This document shows, one piece after another, positions 1 through 12,380 of a DNA stretch of 64,000 bases; positions within the stretch are counted from its first letter, which is position 1, and every line of letters begins with the position of its first letter. The notes below the pieces were generated by a model. That model was given only the letters and a program-made list of their open reading frames with translations. It had not been told where the DNA came from and did not search any database. The stretch lies in assembly GCA_951406725.2 (NCBI GenBank), contig OX597822.1, forward strand, positions 83,204,001 to 83,268,000, read 5' to 3'. This DNA is from Octopus vulgaris. Taxonomy: Eukaryota. Position numbers and translations under genes: made by a program.

Positions 1-1040
1 ACACTTCTTCCGTCGGTATTGCAGTGCTTCGATACCATTGGTGAAGAAGGTTTCGCTCTGTTGGTGAAAAAGTCATTGACAGCAGATTGGACTCCATCAC
101 TGTGATACTGGTTCCCAACCAAGTGTCTTTTCATGTTTGGGAACATATGATGATAGAAAACTGTGAGGACAAAGCAGGAGAATAGGGAAACTGATAAACC
201 AATTCAAAGCCACAGTCACACACAACAGCCACTGAAACCAAGAACTTGTGTACTGGAGCATTGTCCTGATGAAACACTGCCGTTTTCGTCACTTTTCCTG
301 GTCGTGATAGCATTTCATATCTGCCTCAGTAAGTTAAGCATAGTACTCGCGATTGACATGTGACCCTTTGAAGATAATCAATAAGCAAAATGCCTTTTGC
401 ATCCCAAGAAACTGAGGCCGTCATCATCCCTGGAATTAAAACACGTTGGCCTTCTTTGGAGCAGATGAGGACAGATGTTTTCCCTGCACAAATTGTGTCT
501 TTGTCTCCGGCTTAAAGTGATGAACCAATTCTCCCTTTGGGTTAGGAAACGTCCAAAGAAATCAACAGAATCTGCCTCAAACAACGTCCGATATTCCCGT
601 TGTACTTTTGATTGGGTGTCAGAAGACGTGGTATTCACTTAAGGCAGAAATCTTCACCATGCCAAGTTCCTTGTGCAGAATATTCTCAACTCTCTCACAG
701 GATACGTTAATAGTATTTGCTATTTGATGTATCGTCATTCGCTTGTCATCCATCACCTTGTAGCGATCAATGTTTTCCTCGGCGGTGGTAGAATTAGGAT
801 GTCCAGAACCTGAGTCATTGTTGAGTCTCTCCCTACCCTTTCTAAATTTAGTCGCCCAATTTTGCACTGTTGATAAAGTTATTGCAGCCATACCAGCATG
901 AATGTCCTTTGGGGCTAAACTGTTTTTCTGCGATCCCAAATCGTGTCCATTTTCAAGAGAAGTCACTATTTGTTCACTATTTGTTACTTTTGAAGTTTTC
1001 TTTGAGCAGTCAGGTGTCACTTTATCTGGAATGAAACAAT
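1..1040 (-). mobile_element. Decayed mariner transposase (runs off the window start)
   Basis: Fragments read APKDIHA..STVQNWATKFRKGRE..DSGSGHP..EENID..VMDDKRMTI..IA (HTH region) and FHQDNAPVH..GFELV..PYSPAL (D,D34D motifs); frameshifted; same family as 51073-52072. Confidence 0.9.
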
Positions 1041-1066
1041 ACAGTTATTTCCAAGAAGAGTTGCAA

Positions 1067-1170
1067 TTAACCCATTAAGTCCTACTGTCCTATAAATAGG
1101 ACACTAAACGAGAATATTAAAAAAGCAATATCACATTATCTCGGTGTCCTATAAATAGGACACCGAGTAT
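1067..1170 (+). mobile_element. piggyBac-like terminus
   Basis: TTAA+CCC start at 1067, then the imperfect palindrome TGTCCTATAAATAGGACA twice (1086-1103; extended form 1140-1167). Confidence 0.6.
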
Positions 1171-1313
1171 TTCCATTTCAACTTGAAGTAAAGGAGTTTT
1201 AATAATTATCCTTTTCATTTTAATATATTTTCAATCATCAGTAAAAATTTAAAAGTAATATTCAGAAATTTAAGTGTATGTATATATATATGTATATATA
1301 TGTATATATATAT

Positions 1314-1491
1314 AATGTTCCGGTGAGCTGACGAGTAAGTCTTTATTTACATTAATGTGGATATAAAAATTTCTTGTGTAATGTTCTTCATGCTTATTGA
1401 TCGAAACATACATGTATAATTTTACATAATTACTAGTATTACCTGAAAAAAGTTGACGAAACGGCTGTAATCATATGCGAGTCATATGGAA
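1314..1491 (+). repeat. ~178-bp repeat, copy 1, with hammerhead-like motifs
   Basis: Near-identical to 3576-3752; follows a (TA)n tract; CTGACGA at 1328 and GAAAC-GGCT-GTA at 1458. Confidence 0.85.
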
Positions 1492-1583
1492 TTACTGGAA
1501 TTTCTAGCATCACTCCTTCAGAGTCGACCCTCCAACTTTTCATTCCATACTCCTATGATCCACCTGAATACATTTTGAACATA

Positions 1584-2141
1584 CGAAGTTGAGTCAAAAA
1601 GTAATACCATTTTGTTTAGGACAGGTATAATTACCATCACATGAACATGTATCATACATCAAAATGGAGCTGATCCTACATCCCTACATCTCAACATAGT
1701 CACGTTTCTCTCAATAGCAATGCTCCACCTTTGAACGAGAGCATGTATCCCTGCCCCGTAAAACTCTGTTGACTGTTTTTGAGTCACTTCTTCACTACAG
1801 TTTTCACTCCCTCGTTACTGGAATAATTTTGCGCCTTCAGACTTATCATCTCTTCGGCCCCATGAAAGAGTGTTTGAGAGGCAAATATTATTCCAGTGAC
1901 GAGGAAGTGAAAAAAGTAGTGAAGAAGTGGCTCAAAGGACAGTCAACAGAATCTGACGGGGCAGAGATATATGCTCTCATTCGAAGGTGGAACGTTGCTG
2001 TTCAGAGAAATGATGACTATGTTGAGAAGCAGGGATGTGATCCACAGAGGACAAGCTTCCTTTTGATGTATGATACATGTTCCTGTGCTGGTAATTAAAC
2101 CTGTCCTAAACAAAATGGTATTACTTCTTGACTCACCTTCG
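1584..2141. mobile_element. Fold-back mariner MITE built from two transposase 3' ends
   Basis: TA flanks; termini CGAAG.TGAGTCAA.AAGTAATACCATTTTG; ~1584-1835 is the reverse complement of ~1878-2141; right arm encodes YHLFGPMKECLRGKYYSSDEEVK..W..RW....NDDYVEK. Confidence 0.9.
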
Positions 2142-2746
2142 TATATATCAAAATACACACATATACAAATTCTTATGCAATGCGGAGACAGATCGGTGTC
2201 TTTCATGCGGCTTTGGCTTAATTTTTCTACCCATTTCCTGAAACCCTATTGAGGGTGTGATGACGGACGAGAAAAGGAGAAAGCGATGTCAGAAAGCGAG
2301 GTAGGTACCTCATAACTTTCTATGTTGGGAGGTTAGCTGGGGGAGGCTTGTTCGGTGTCTATTGCGTATGGCATTAAGCTTCTGAACTATTTTGACCACT
2401 AAACACATTAACAACAAAACCAACACGAAAAGTAAAAATCATTTTATAATTGCAGAATCATGAACAAATACTGCTTGAGAGGCACTCGAAAAAGCACACA
2501 CACCCACACACATACACACGCGTGCTTGCGCTCAGTCATGCAAGCGCTCACACATTCTATATTCTAGACACACATGATGATTAGCAATAGGCTGCAAAAT
2601 CTTTCTAAAATATCGATCTTGTCAAACTCTTGGCAAGATCGATAAGAAGCTTTCTGCAGAGTTAAAAAGTATTAAGTTTATAAATAAATACCACTTTCGG
2701 CAACTTTTACGTTTCCGTTCGTTTACGTCTGTCTCCATATGGGCTT

Positions 2747-2810
<64 letters not shown>

Positions 2811-3043
2811 ATACATATATATGTGTGTATGTATGTATGTATTTATATATGTATATAGATACATACATACATACATACATACATACATACATACATACAT
2901 ACATACATACTTACGTATGTATGTATATATATATAAATAGCAATAATCCTTGGATGGAATTTATTAACATTTAATACTTATAAATTCCATCCTAGGATTA
3001 TTGTTATTATTATTATTATTATTATTATCATATTTATACTACA

Positions 3044-3135
<92 letters not shown>

Positions 3136-3136
<1 letters not shown>

Positions 3137-3354
3137 AGTTCAGTAAAATTTAGATTCAGATGAATATGGTACTTAAGTTAAAGGCACCAGAATTTTGTAT
3201 AGTATTATCCATATAATTAAAAAGAAAGTGATGATAATCAAAACAAGCAACAAGGATATCCAGAGGTAATGCAGTACGATCGTCTCATGCCACACCATTT
3301 CATTGAACAATGCAAACATTACATTAATTTAAAATGTAGAGCAATCTTCAGCTG
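3136..3354 (-). mobile_element. Penelope-like terminal repeat with degenerate hammerhead
   Basis: Minus strand reads cag-CTGAAGA-ttgc...gcat-GAGAC-gatc-GTA-ctg; lies between (TA)n tracts; related to 8344-8394 and 35822-35978. Confidence 0.6.
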
Positions 3355-3366
3355 ATATATATTTAC

Positions 3367-3440
<74 letters not shown>

Positions 3441-3500
3441 ATATATATATGTATATATATGTATATATATTATATATACATGTATATATATATATTATAT

Positions 3501-3575
<75 letters not shown>

Positions 3576-3578
<3 letters not shown>

Positions 3579-3752
3579 GTTCCGGTGAGCTGACGAGTAA
3601 GTCTTTATTTACATTAATGTGGATATAAAAATTCTTGTGTAATGTTCTGCATGCTTATTGATCGAAACATACATGTATAATTTTACATAATTACTAGTAT
3701 TACCTGAAAAAATTTGACGAAACGGCTGTAATCATATGCGAGTCATATGGAA
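3576..3752 (+). repeat. ~178-bp repeat, copy 2
   Basis: About three differences from 1314-1491; also follows a (TA)n tract. Confidence 0.85.
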
Positions 3753-3777
3753 CAATGCCTCTGTTCTTTCATTGTTT

Positions 3778-4158
3778 TATTTGTTTCAGTCATTTGACTG
3801 CGACCATGCTGGAGCACCTCCTTTAGTCGAGCAAATCGACCCCATTACTTATTCTTTGTAAGCCTAGTACTTATTCTATCGATCTCTTTTGCCGAACTGC
3901 TAAGTTACAGGGACGTAAACACACCAGCATCGGTTGTCAAGTGATGTTGGGGGGGGGGGGGGGCAAACATAGACGTAAACACACTCACATACATGCGACG
4001 GGCTTCTTTCAGTTTCTGTCTACCACAATTACTCACGAGGCTTTGGTCGGCCCGAGGCTATAGTAGAAGACACTTGCCCAAGGTGCCACGCAGTGGGACT
4101 GAACCCGGAACCATGTGGCTGGTAAGCAAGCTACTTACCACACAGCCACTCCTGTGCC
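3778..4158 (-). mobile_element. tRNA-derived SINE family A (CORE-like)
   Basis: Head GGCACAGGAGTGGCTGTGTGG (A box) ... GGTTCAGTCCC (B box), then CCTTGGGCAAGTGTCTT (CORE-like); several copies in the window. Confidence 0.9.
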
Positions 4159-4200
4159 TAGTATTTACTTCTCACACCTGATTTAATGATTAAATGTATG

Positions 4201-4238
<38 letters not shown>

Positions 4239-7200
4239 AGTATGTGTATATATATGCGTGTTTTTATGTGTGTATGTATATATGTATGTGTGTATGTATG
4301 CCTATATTTATGTGTGTATGTATGCGTGTATGTATGTGTATATGTATGTGTGCATGTATGTACGTGTTTGTAGATATGGACATATATTGTGTATACGTAT
4401 ATGTATATATACTGTGAAGTAACATTCATGATTGCATCCGCAGATAAATACTAAAATAAGATATTTTGGATTTAGAACGTTTACAACCTCCCCCCACAAA
4501 AAAAGTAAAAGAAAAATCTAGCCAGAGCTGAACGCCATTTTGAAGTGCTGAGCCAATGTTGATGTACATAACACCTGAAATCATACAGATAATGAACTGG
4601 TCGCTGTTATATTTGCTTCTAAAATGTGAAATATTTTTTTTATCGCTTGATACTAATTCACTGAACTGACAATGTTAATGATCCTGGAGGGGATAAACGC
4701 TCGATCATCTTGTGTGCAAAGAGAATGTCGACAGTCAAAACAAAGTCGATAGCTAAATGTTCTCAAGAAAAAAATGCTGACAACCATAACTGTCGATATT
4801 CACACTGCTCATAGTTTTGTTTAGTGATAAATGAAAAAGAAAAAAAAAGACCATAATTTCTTTTAAGACTGAAGAAGCTTATTGAACAGAAGTTCTTTTT
4901 AAAATTTGTATGTTTAAAAAGAAACATTTGCAAAAACAATTCGGTTTAAAATGAAAGTTAACCGAAATTGTGAGTCATTGACCTTAAGAAAAACACGAGG
5001 TTCGTTGAACACTAAGCTTTGTAACATGTCTAAATACGATCATTATGAATCATGGCAGTTATGCATTCATCCCATTTCGGTCCCCAAACACATTTTTACG
5101 AAAATTCAGTTTTAGCTTGTTATACGGCTGCCTTTTCTTATCAAGTCCAGGCAAGGCCAAGTAGGCTATCGTAAATCTTGTATTGATTAATCGGTGCCAT
5201 TTGTTGATCTGAACATATCAGATTCAACTCGGCTGTAAACAAATTGTATGAAGCTCGGCATTAAAGACTAAGCAACTTTATAAACAACGCCAAACCAAAG
5301 ACTTCCAAAATATAACAAAAACTCTTTATGAAATCCCCAAGTTCATTAAATACAATAAACACATCCAAAAGCTGAAAATAGCCGCCTAGTAGGGTCAATG
5401 TGGGATCGCAATTTCTACGTATTCTTTAATAAGGCCATTTCGAAGTTAATTACGCGTCATTCTGGACACACTTTCGTCTCCTTATGGAAAACGATGTGGT
5501 TTAATGACTTTCGCTCTTATTTTTGGTAATGCCGAAAAAATTTAGCTTTAGTTTCTGAATGAGCAGGAAGCATTGAAAAAACTATATTCTGAGTGGTGCA
5601 CGTGAATTTATTCTGTTACCAAACCCCTTTTGTTGCTAAAATGTCTGAGACTTTTCACTGTTGTGCATAAAAAAAAATAAACATATTACCTATAGTCATT
5701 AGTGTTTGTGCCGCCTTCCTATTTCCTGCACGATAAGGAATGTGTAAGTAGCAATGATTTTTCACACATAGCATTTGGACTTGGAACAATTCCCAGAACA
5801 GAATACAAGTTGCTTAACCAAACGTTTCAAATTATCTACGACCACAACCAGAACCGAAACAGCGAAATTCTGTTGCGAGAACGATAACTAAAAAAATATT
5901 TTGGAAAAGGCGGTGAGTGTTAAAAGCCATCTACACTGGTTTAAGCCAGAAGCACTCATGGGAAACATAAAGAGGTCAAATACGCCAACTGCTCTTCCAC
6001 GAGGGTAAAGAACCTTTAAATCTATCTAAAAACAAATCGATAATTCATAATCAAGACTAGTTTAGTTTTTCCCCAGAGAAATCTTAAATCGGTAACATTT
6101 TAAAGGTTATCATCTCCCAGTTATTATCTAAAAGTCGTAGAGTATGTACAAACACACACATATACGCACATGCACACACACACATGCGCACACGCACACA
6201 CAGACGCCAACATACACACACAAGCATTCAAGCACGCACGCACACACGTACATAATGATGTTTGAACGGGAGAAGGATGTGTTCATTTAATGCATTTTAT
6301 TCATTCCTTTGTAGAGAATGTTTCAGTCCATTACAATTCAGAAATTCTCGTGAGTATGCGTTTGTACATAAATCTGAACAAACGCAAATACACGTGAGGA
6401 AATTTGGAGCAGCAATGCTATGAATCCTCACATACAAATATAAGCTTGCATGCATGCATACAGACACATTATTGGGGCTTTGAGATGTGTAACACACTGC
6501 TTAAATACCAATCTTGGGAAATTAAGCTTCCCAAAACCAGAAAGGGGAACGTCGAAGACTACAGATCCAATATAAAAAAAAAAAAACTGTAAAACTTTCC
6601 AGAAGTTTATCATTTAAGTATATATAAGCATGTCTAGATATGCAAATATATGCATGAGAAAACATACAAATCTACATACATACATACATACATGCATACA
6701 TACATACATACATACATACATACATACATACATACATACATACATACATACATACGTACATACAAAAATAGCCTGTTGATGATGTTGAATTTTCTAATGA
6801 AGGAACCTTGGATCTAGATCAGAAACCGACTTTCTGTATTAGCAAGAAATCTTGAAATAAAACTAAATGACATACATACTTACATACATACGTTGGTACA
6901 GACCTCATGTTTACAGAGGGCAGCTCTCGTCAACCTATTCAAAGAACAGTGAAAGCTGACTCAATGTGTCTGGTTGGTTGACAGTTGCCCGTACAACACT
7001 TGTGTTCCATGTGACCAAAAACTACTGACCCATAGTAAAAGAACTTGAAAAACCCTATGTAAAAATGGTACGCAGGTGTTGGAATGTATTCTTCTAGGAT
7101 CACTGCGAAACACACACCGAGGTGACTGATACGAAGGCAGGAGTAAAGAAAAGACTGTGCATCAGAAAATCTGTCCTTTAGGGATTAACATTTATTGATA

Positions 7201-7737
7201 TATTTGTATGTTTTATTTGTGATTTATCTAATTTCTTCATAAAAGACTTCAAACCACTCGCTAACAAAGCGACAAAAGTTTTTTGTAGTTAAAACAATTT
7301 TCGGAGTTTATAATTACGTGGTTGAGGAATGGTTTGCTGTTCGCACCTGCTCTTCTATTCTCTATGTGTCTGTACAGCTTAGGTGTAAATACATTAGTTT
7401 TTACATTTGTATACATCTATGTATATATTCATGCATACATACATGGATTCATACATACATGTTTCTTTAGGATTTAATTTAAATTTTTTTTTTCTTCAGC
7501 AGAATTCTAATGATATGGCAATCTCTTTTGTTTAAGCCAAAACTACATTTGGTGTTTGTGGTTGTCTGCTTTGCGTGGTGTATGTATGGATGTGTGCAGT
7601 TTGTGTGTGCGCGTATGGGTAATCTTAGCCTTACTGGATTGCGTGTTATGACAAGACAAAAGTGTATAGCTTTCGTAATTGCTTGTCTATCTACCTTCAT
7701 ATACATTCCATTTGTATATGTGAACGTATACATACAT

Positions 7738-7839
7738 TCATCCAGGGACTCCAAATGCTTGAAGTGTTTTATAAATTTTCTCGGTTTCTCTGATCGGCTG
7801 TATCTGAACAATGCTTATTCGGCCTGCTCTGTCCTTTTC
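7738..7839 (-). CDS. Speculative terminal exon of the putative class B GPCR (EKDRAGRISIVQIQPIRETEKIYKTLQAFGVPG*)
   Basis: ttctcag|GAA acceptor, phase-0 compatible with the 8694 donor, 33 codons to TGA; no homology support. Confidence 0.2.
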   Translation of the reverse strand, partial: EKDRAGRISIVQIQPIRETEKIYKTLQAFGVPG

Positions 7840-7885
7840 CTGAGAACGTAACCATTTCAATGTTTCTATGCAAAGTATTTATTCA

Positions 7886-7930
<45 letters not shown>

Positions 7931-7993
7931 TATATATATGTATGAATGTATATATGTGTATGTGTGTAGATAGATATAAACATACACAGTATC

Positions 7994-8055
<62 letters not shown>

Positions 8056-8071
8056 TACACACACGCATACA

Positions 8072-8244
8072 CGAGGAGGTGCTGAAATGTTCCTGGCTTT
8101 GGGTAAAAGAAAAATACAGGGGGATCCGTTAATCATGATTTTATTCAACATATTTCCATCTCAGGTTCACACACTCAGTTTTTTTAATCTCTGTAAAAGG
8201 CCTTAGTAATGTCCTTAAAGACAAGAATTTTTCAGCACCCCTCT
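8072..8244. mobile_element. Mariner-type MITE
   Basis: Imperfect ~29-bp TIRs CGAGGAGGTGCTGAAATGTTCCTGGCTTT / AAAGACAAGAATTTTTCAGCACCCCTCT, the right one followed by TA. Confidence 0.8.
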
Positions 8245-8270
8245 TATATGTGTACGCATACATTCATGTT

Positions 8271-8312
<42 letters not shown>

Positions 8313-8343
8313 ATGCATTATTCAATTAACTTTAGTTGTTACT

Positions 8344-8393
8344 TGAAACGATCGTACTGCATTACCTCTGGATATCCTTGTTGCTTATTTTGA

Positions 8394-8394
<1 letters not shown>
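8344..8394 (+). repeat. Fragment of the Penelope-like repeat family (3' half of hammerhead)
   Basis: TGAAACGATCGTACTGCATTACCTCTGGATATCCTTGTTGCTT matches the reverse complement of ~3245-3288. Confidence 0.7.
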
Positions 8395-8464
<70 letters not shown>

Positions 8465-8520
8465 ATATATAATTTATTTAAAGAGCATAATATATGTATT
8501 GTGGAATAATACATTATATA

Positions 8521-8599
<79 letters not shown>

Positions 8600-8693
8600 G
8601 CATGTGCATGTGTGTGCGTGTGTATGACAATATTCATCAAACATTTATGTAACGGTAAAGAATTTCATTGAGGAATAAAAGGACAATAAATAC

Positions 8694-8819
8694 CTGATAC
8701 ATTGGCACCGTTTGGACTTCTGAGACAGACGTGTAAACTGAATTTGTCCTCATAAAACGTCGGTTTCCGCTATTCGCAAGTCGGAAGTTGTACCATTTTT
8801 TCTTAATTGCCGACTGAAC
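8694..8819 (-). CDS. Internal exon of a putative class B (secretin-family) GPCR, helix 8/C-tail
   Basis: cag|GTT...CAG|gtattt, 126 bp, phase 0/0; encodes VQSAIKKKWYNFRLANSGNRRFMRTNSVYTSVSEVQTVPMYQ, matching the (NxE)VQ/RxxI/LxxxW motif that follows a conserved phase-0 intron in class B receptors. Confidence 0.6.
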
Positions 8820-8820
8820 C

Positions 8821-8822
<2 letters not shown>

Positions 8823-8879
<57 letters not shown>

Positions 8880-8939
8880 CATAGTAGTAGTAGTAATAGT
8901 AGTAGTAGTAGTAGTCATAGTAAAAGTAGTAGTAGTAGT
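8823..8939. repeat. (AGT)n/(ACT)n microsatellite abutting the exon acceptor
   Basis: Direct reading. Confidence 0.95.
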
Positions 8940-9501
8940 GCGAAGTCTTATTTCACTGCCAAGCTCAACTCATTGTACCTTGTGTGCATGCAGTTTTATA
9001 CCTGTTTATTTTACTCTCTTTAATGGACCCTACTTAATGTCTTTGCGTGTGTGTGTGTGTGTGTGTGTGCAGTACTTAGTCATAATATTTTCTCAACATA
9101 TTCTGCAGTTGCTATATTCTATTTCATTTCTTACTGTAGATGGTTTCTGGTGGGGGAGGACAAGATCTGAGCTTCTGCCGCAAGTAAAACTCTGCCAGTC
9201 TCTGCAGAGAGTATTGTGGTTTTTAACCAATATTGCGAATTTTCTTTTGGCACTCCCCTTAACTTTATTCACCCTTTTTAGGCATTGGCCACGTAGGAGC
9301 TTCTCTTGCCATTGTTTTATCATAGCAATCTAAGCCGAATTTTTATCATCGATTTTAACATTTTTTCTTGTCCTTCTTCATAACTATCCTTTCAATCTCA
9401 GTTTTTTCTTAATTTCTTTTTTTTTATCTCCCATGAGATTTTTGTTGTTGTTTCGCTGACTTGTAGCTATTTGTATTAGTTTCCTATTATTATTTACTAA
9501 A

Positions 9502-9718
9502 TATGTCAGACGAAGAGCTGGAAGAATCGTTAGCGCGCCGGGTGAAATGCTGAGCGGCATTTCGTCTGCCGTTACATTCTGAGTTTAAACTCTTCCGAGG
9601 TCGACTTTGCCTTTCATCCTTTCGGAGTCGATTAAATAAGTAACAGTTACGCACTTGGTTCGATGTAATCGACCTAATCCCCTCCTCCAAGTTGCCCTTA
9701 TGGCAAAAACTTGAAACC
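9502..9718 (+). mobile_element. tRNA-derived SINE family B
   Basis: GAGCTGG.AGAATCGTTAGC...GAGTT.AAA..CCGAGGTCGACTTTGCCTTTCATCCTTTCGG; flanked by the 13-bp direct repeat ATTATTTACTAAA (9489-9501 and 9719-9731). Confidence 0.9.
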
Positions 9719-9892
9719 ATTATTTACTAAACATTTTGTAGTTACTCTGTGAATATTTTATTGCACTTCCCCGATTGCATAAAACACGCCTTCATTTTAT
9801 TTCACCTTCGATGGTGAATTGTAAATGCTGCCTTATTTTTGTTTCCTCTTTTTCTGTTTTATTAGTTTTTTTTTTACCGTCTAACTATAAGT

Positions 9893-10175
9893 GGCACTCT
9901 GTCGGTTTGCGATAACGGATATTCCAGCTGATCCGATCAACGGAAAAACCTCCTCATTACATTAACGTGCAAGTGGCTGAGTGCACCACAGGCACGTGTG
10001 CACTAAACGTAGTTCTCAAAGAGATTCAGCGTGACAATTTGTTACAAGGCTGCCCTTTTGAATTACAGATACAGCTTCTTTTTGCCAGCTGAGGGGACTG
10101 AAGCAACGTGAAATAAAGTATCTTGCTCAAGAACACTCGACCGTGAGCTGAATGCCCAAAGCGCTAAGTTACGTG
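9893..10175 (-). mobile_element. SINE with CORE-like head remnant and family C 'tail Y'
   Basis: Shares GATCCGATCAACGGAA...TTAACGTGCAAGTGGCTGAG...GAGATTCAGCGTGACA with 25860-26030 and with 23070-23248 (opposite strand). Confidence 0.75.
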
Positions 10176-11929
10176 TCTAACTACGACTATTTTAACTCCT
10201 CTTTATTACTACAACAGCTAACTTATTAATGTTTATTACCTTACTATTTTATAGTTAGTTCTGTCTTAAGTATTGACCTGATGCATCTAAGATTTTCTCT
10301 TAATCTTCTTGCATTTGCTTTACGCTATCCAAGTCTTTCGATTTCTTTATATGTTGTAATTGTCTCATCTCAGTTTCTTGGTGGTTTTAATGATAATTTT
10401 CTCGCATTATAAAAATGCCTTGGCGCATTTCTTTAATGGGAATCTCATCTCAAATCTATTTCCTGTTACAATAATGTTTCTAATCGTTTATCATTCACAT
10501 TAGAAAAGGCATTTCTATTTAAAAGATAATTTATCCTCTTACGTAGCACTCGAAGCCGAGTTGAATCCTGCTTATAATATCGGTTAATGGAGTGAGAAAA
10601 ATGGTGAATATACAGAGTCGTCTTGGAATATTCATATTGTGATGAAGATGGGTTTAGTTTTAATAATTCTGTTTTTCTTCTCTATCTGCAAAACTGAATG
10701 CTATTTACTCAACACATAAATCTTATATCCTCGCTGGGATTACCTTACATAGGCCAATGTTTCTCAAGTTCAATAGTGGGGAAATAAAGCCAAAATCGGG
10801 TAGAAAATCCAGACCATCCTCAAACACTTCCTGCTTCTGCAGTTTTCGGTTATATTTATGCTCATCAGTCATTAATCTTCACAGCAGTCATGTGGACCAA
10901 TCCATAATGGCAGGAAATAGTTCTTTTTACAGCTATTTATTTATTCTCTTCGATATTATTGCAGTTGAAGCTCTGCTGGTTGTGTGGAAGGCAAATTGAG
11001 ATTCCGTAAAATTTTATAGCTTTTAAGTTTTGTTCAGTTTTGAAGATGAAGGTAATTTTCGACGTATGTGGGCCAGTCTGGGACATTCTCTAGCTCTATT
11101 AATATCTCTCAAAACATTTCTGTTAGAAATATAGATGTCGTTGAATATCAGAATTTTATCAAGTTTTGACGCCTTCCAGCTTATTTTGCGGCAAAGTCTG
11201 GGTTACTTATTGTTTTGCCCGCTCTTAGAATTTTTGTGACGATTCCTTCGTCACCCCTCCTCCTCCCCTCCTCATCCTCCTCCCCCTCCTCCAATGCTGC
11301 AACTTTCTTGCTTCTGGCGCTGCAGTTATTTCGGTCTCATATTTTTGTCAATTTCTTGATAAAATTGTTTTCACTTGGAGTCGTAGAGTCATTATCGTTT
11401 TTCATATCGACACATTCTTTGTGATTTAGTACCTTATTTCAGGTGTTCTTTGATTTCGGATATTTCGTTTTTGGCTATATTCTATTTTCGTAATCTTTCT
11501 TTCTACATTTTCGCTTTTATTCCAGCTGCGTCTTTTCATTATTGATTTCATCAAGAATTAAAATGTATTTACTCTTATTTCCTATAGTTTTCTCTGTATA
11601 TTTGTTTCCAATGTTGTTTGCTGAAGTTTTCATATCTCTTAATGCAAAATATGACGCTGAGGTCACTTTTGACTATATATATATATATATTTATATATAA
11701 ATCAAAAGCATTAAATAGATAATATATTTTTTTTGAAAGTCGGAGAAATTCTTTGTGGTTTCTTCCGGTTCTTTAGGCTATCAGCTGTAATCCCACCGAA
11801 GACATCTTTGCCTTCCATCATTCCAAGGTCGATAAAATAGAGTATTAGTGTTGAATTAAGCGACCTATGCTCTGCTCACAAATTCCTAACTTTAGAAATA
11901 AGAATTTTGATAATAATAATAACAACAAC

Positions 11930-12007
<78 letters not shown>

Positions 12008-12040
12008 CAGTATATATTACTTGTCAGAGCTCTCAGTTTT

Positions 12041-12195
12041 ACTTGCTCCGATTAATTCTGTAAGAGCAGACGGCGACCTGTCGTCCGAGACCTCACGGGG
12101 TCTCACTTCCTGGATTTCTCAATTTCACTTGCTCCGATTAATTCTGTAAGAGCGGACAGCAACCTGTTGTCAAGGTCTCACAGGGTATCTTTCCA
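12041..12195. repeat. Imperfect ~87-bp tandem duplication
   Basis: ACTTGCTCCGATTAATTCTGTAAGAGC.GAC.GC.ACCTGT occurs at 12041 and 12127. Confidence 0.85.
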
Positions 12196-12301
12196 CCATA
12201 CTTAACACCGAAGTATCAATCTCAAAATCCTCACTATACCCAATAAAGTTGCTTTCTAAGCATATCAATCCCAGTAAAAATCTCATTGATACCAGTAATG
12301 C

Positions 12302-12377
<76 letters not shown>

Positions 12378-12380
12378 CTG

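Larger units (their letters stand above)
9090..11660 (-). mobile_element. Heavily decayed R4/Dong-type (RLE) non-LTR retrotransposon, interrupted by two SINEs
   Basis: Ordered minus-strand remnants: SWKASKLDKI (~NWKAPGPD), IFQDDS (~GIFQGDSLSP), WQEKLLRGQ (~WxxKxLHGQ) and CRIC zinc knuckle. Confidence 0.7.

Noticed and set aside
4518-4574. Alternative terminal exon candidate (VLCTSTLAQHFKMAFSSG*)
   Set aside because: Only an acceptor-like tttcag supports it; cannot be distinguished from chance.
6794-6830. CTAATGA...GAAACC motif between (TACA)n tracts
   Set aside because: Too degenerate to call without a family consensus.
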